A stretch of DNA of 62,882 bases, filler included. It is 8 parts of 8 records of this genome, joined end to end, with 100 filler letters (N's around TTAATTAATTAA, not from the genome) between each part and the next. Parts side by side here need not be neighbours in the genome. Positions count along the whole stretch, not along the records: positions 54,945 to 62,882 come from DRR723986_11670; 7 more parts are not named here. One strand, 5' to 3'. Numbering within the stretch: position 1 is the stretch's first letter; the number at the start of each line of letters is the position of its first letter. The notes under the pieces are model-generated. The model saw only the letters and a list, made by a program, of their open reading frames with translations, was not told the origin of the DNA and did not search any database. The position numbers and the translations under genes were made by a program. Positions 60,875-62,882 of the stretch are shown one piece after another.

Positions 60875-61996
60875 ATGAAATTGATTTCGAAACTGGAATT
60901 GAGCCGCAAGATTAGGCGGGCTCGGCGACGCCGAAAAGTGACGTTGAGAAGGAAGAAAGGCGGGAAATCGTCACCATATTCCGGCACTTCGCGGATGGGT
61001 ACCAAACCCAAGGTCATTCATTTTCGGTTCCCCAAATCAGTCTCGCTGACTGCGGACTACGAAGGCACTATGGAAATAATCAGTCAACTCAAACAGGAGG
61101 CTCTCACTGATTCGGGGGGAGACAGGTTATTCCGTATGGATTTTTCCAGAACGGAAGAAGTCTCTTTGGCGGCGGTATTGCTGTTATCTTCTGAGATAGA
61201 CCGAGCAATCAGCCTAAGTAAAGTCAGAGGTAAGAACCACTTTTTTGGCTTCAACATGAAGAACTGGAAAAAGGAAGTAACAGCGTATCTTGGAGACTTC
61301 GGGTTTCTCGACTTGCTCAAGAATTCTCAGATATTGAGGTGGAGTTCAGACGCGCTAACGGACGGGTTTGCCGTCGTAAAGATGATCGCTTGCGGTAAAT
61401 ACTCAAAAGAGAGCGTCGCAACCATAACCCGGGAGTTGTCAGTAACTGCAGAATTTTTCGATCAAAGCCCTTATATTTACGAAGGCCTAGTAGAGGCGAT
61501 GGGAAATGTAGTCGATCATGCTTATCCTACAGGCGGGGATCTGGAATTTGAGGCCATAGAAGGAGATTGGTGGTGGGCCGCCGCAACATACATGCATTGG
61601 GAAAAGGAAATTCGGGTTGTGGTATACGATCAAGGAGTCGGCATTCCCAACACGCTGCCCCAATCTGGGCTTTGGGAGCATGTGCTTGCTCAGTTGGCCA
61701 AACTTGGTCACAGTGCTTCCTCACTTGTTCAGCACGACGCTAGGATGATCGACGCGGCAATTGGTGCTTCCCGAACATCTCGCGACACCTCCCTTGGACG
61801 CGGAAAGGGACTTGCGGAGATTGCCGGGATCACGGCAGAAATTGGCGGCTCAACAGTAAGAGTATTGAGTGGTCTGGGTTGTGTACTATATAAGGAAGGG
61901 GAGGACCCGAAAATGAACACTCTTTCCAAGCACATTGGCGGCACTATGATCGAGTGGCGCGTACCAATAACCCGAGCCAGCGGCGAGCAAGTATGA
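60875..61996 (+). CDS. STAS-like + GHKL ATPase/Ser-kinase fusion protein with a very basic N-terminus
   Basis: MDFSRTEEVSLAAVLLL (STAS-like); N-box EAMGNVVDHAY; G1 YDQGVGIP; G2 GRGKGL; G3 GGTMIEW; no HisKA domain. Confidence 0.82.
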   Translation: MKLISKLELSRKIRRARRRRKVTLRRKKGGKSSPYSGTSRMGTKPKVIHFRFPKSVSLTADYEGTMEIISQLKQEALTDSGGDRLFRMDFSRTEEVSLAAVLLLSSEIDRAISLSKVRGKNHFFGFNMKNWKKEVTAYLGDFGFLDLLKNSQILRWSSDALTDGFAVVKMIACGKYSKESVATITRELSVTAEFFDQSPYIYEGLVEAMGNVVDHAYPTGGDLEFEAIEGDWWWAAATYMHWEKEIRVVVYDQGVGIPNTLPQSGLWEHVLAQLAKLGHSASSLVQHDARMIDAAIGASRTSRDTSLGRGKGLAEIAGITAEIGGSTVRVLSGLGCVLYKEGEDPKMNTLSKHIGGTMIEWRVPITRASGEQV

Positions 61997-62328
61997 TGCC
62001 TTTTTCAGTCAAGGTCGTTAGAGATTTTCACCCTTTGCCGGGTGGTCGATATGACGTGGACGGCGAAGGCAATGGTACGGCATTTCGTGAAAAATATCTT
62101 GTCCCCGCCCTCAAGAAAAATGAAGAAATCATCATCGATTTAGATGACGCTCCGGGATACCCGTCCTCGTTTCTTGAGGAGGCATTTGGCGGGCTGGTTC
62201 GTGAGAACTTTGACGCAGCATTACTTCGTAAACTACTGACGTTCAAATTCACGCAACCAGGCTTTGAACGTTATGTGCGACGTATTTGGGAACATGTAGA
62301 TAGAGCATCTCAAAAGCTAGCGCAGTGA
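61993..62328 (+). CDS. STAS-like (DUF4325-type) protein
   Basis: DFHPLPGGRY..DG..NG..FRE..L, IIIDLDD..GYPSSFLEEAFGGL; ATGA overlap with the kinase gene. Confidence 0.85.
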   Translation: MMPFSVKVVRDFHPLPGGRYDVDGEGNGTAFREKYLVPALKKNEEIIIDLDDAPGYPSSFLEEAFGGLVRENFDAALLRKLLTFKFTQPGFERYVRRIWEHVDRASQKLAQ

Positions 62329-62810
62329 CCTTGCTGGCCAATTTCTTCCAAACCGTTGTTGCTTCCGCTATCGGATTTGTCATCGCAAAAGTCGCGACGG
62401 CTTGGTTTGATGCGAATGTTTCTCATGCCAAGTTTCTCGAGGACGAGCGCAATGCAGATGTCCAAGAGCTAAGAGCCAGAGTTTCAGCTCTTAAAGATAC
62501 AGGCTTAAGTTATTGGATGTCAGACAGGGGCGACGAAGATAGTCAAATTGAAGCGCTAATTCTTTCCGAGATCAATGGTCTCGGCGTTCTAATAGGTAGT
62601 TTGTTCGGCAATGTAGCCGACTTGAACGATGCGTGCCAATTGGAACTGGATCGGCTTGACGACGCCCTGACTTATGGCGATTTCAGGTCAGAGCGCAGAA
62701 AGGCTGAAGAGCAGCGGGTGAGCGAAATCTATCTCACAACAGACGCACTACAATCGAAGGTGCGAAGTTGCCGTCGCAAACTGAAACCGAAATGGCTTTG
62801 GCAACTATGA
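62325..62810 (+). CDS. Hypothetical protein with an N-terminal TM helix and a helical soluble domain
   Basis: FFQTVVASAIGFVIAKVATAW TM; YW and LTYGDF motifs; GTGA overlap with the STAS gene. Confidence 0.75.
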   Translation: MTLLANFFQTVVASAIGFVIAKVATAWFDANVSHAKFLEDERNADVQELRARVSALKDTGLSYWMSDRGDEDSQIEALILSEINGLGVLIGSLFGNVADLNDACQLELDRLDDALTYGDFRSERRKAEEQRVSEIYLTTDALQSKVRSCRRKLKPKWLWQL

Positions 62811-62882
62811 AACAATCCGCTTCATAGTTTAGACGCCTTTCACTGTCTGCTCTGCAAACGCTGGCGACTCGCTACAACAAAA

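Larger units (their letters stand above)
54945..62882. mobile_element. Prophage/phage-satellite-like accessory region (alphaproteobacterial), boundaries not in window
   Basis: No housekeeping genes; divergent XRE-HTH switch; many short phage-like ORFs on mixed strands; cargo operon; no integrase or structural gene seen. Confidence 0.6.

Noticed and set aside
60875-61996. Classical two-component histidine kinase
   Set aside because: No H-box/HisKA domain and no response regulator nearby; the partner is a STAS protein.

Overview
The window is not one locus. It is eight unrelated contigs joined by seven 100-nt artificial linkers (N44-TTAATTAATTAA-N44), consistent with a concatenated metagenome. 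A (1-8458), B (8559-16989) and G (48715-54844) look like an FCB-group bacterium (Kapabacteria/Ignavibacteria-like, inferred). They carry a GH57 branching enzyme, DUF3467, a TPR protein, tsaD, cinA, a lipoprotein class D beta-lactamase, 5-formyl-THF cyclo-ligase, an RmlD-like protein, an M20 dipeptidase, uvrA, an ECF sigma factor with a beta-barrel-tailed anti-sigma factor, and a T9SS-type secreted protein. C (17090-23064) is a very GC-rich, probably eukaryotic (protist) exon encoding a ~2000-aa multidomain surface protein. D (23165-29622) is an alphaproteobacterial sugar/polyol catabolic cluster with a wHTH-solute-binding fusion regulator. E (29723-42509) is Cyclobacteriaceae/Algoriphagus-like housekeeping DNA (rlmB, manC-like, kpsF-like, recQ, purD, PSP1/ricT, gldH). 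F (42610-48614) is Rhodobacteraceae-like housekeeping DNA. H (54945-62882) is an alphaproteobacterial prophage/satellite-like accessory region. H holds the two best candidates for an undescribed system: a translationally coupled STAS-GHKL kinase + STAS (DUF4325-like) + membrane-protein operon (putative partner-switching defence module), and an XRE-HTH + R-S-E ADP-ribosyltransferase operon behind a palindromic operator. No CRISPR array, rRNA, tRNA, reverse transcriptase or integrase was seen. All calls come from motif recognition by eye; no searches were run.
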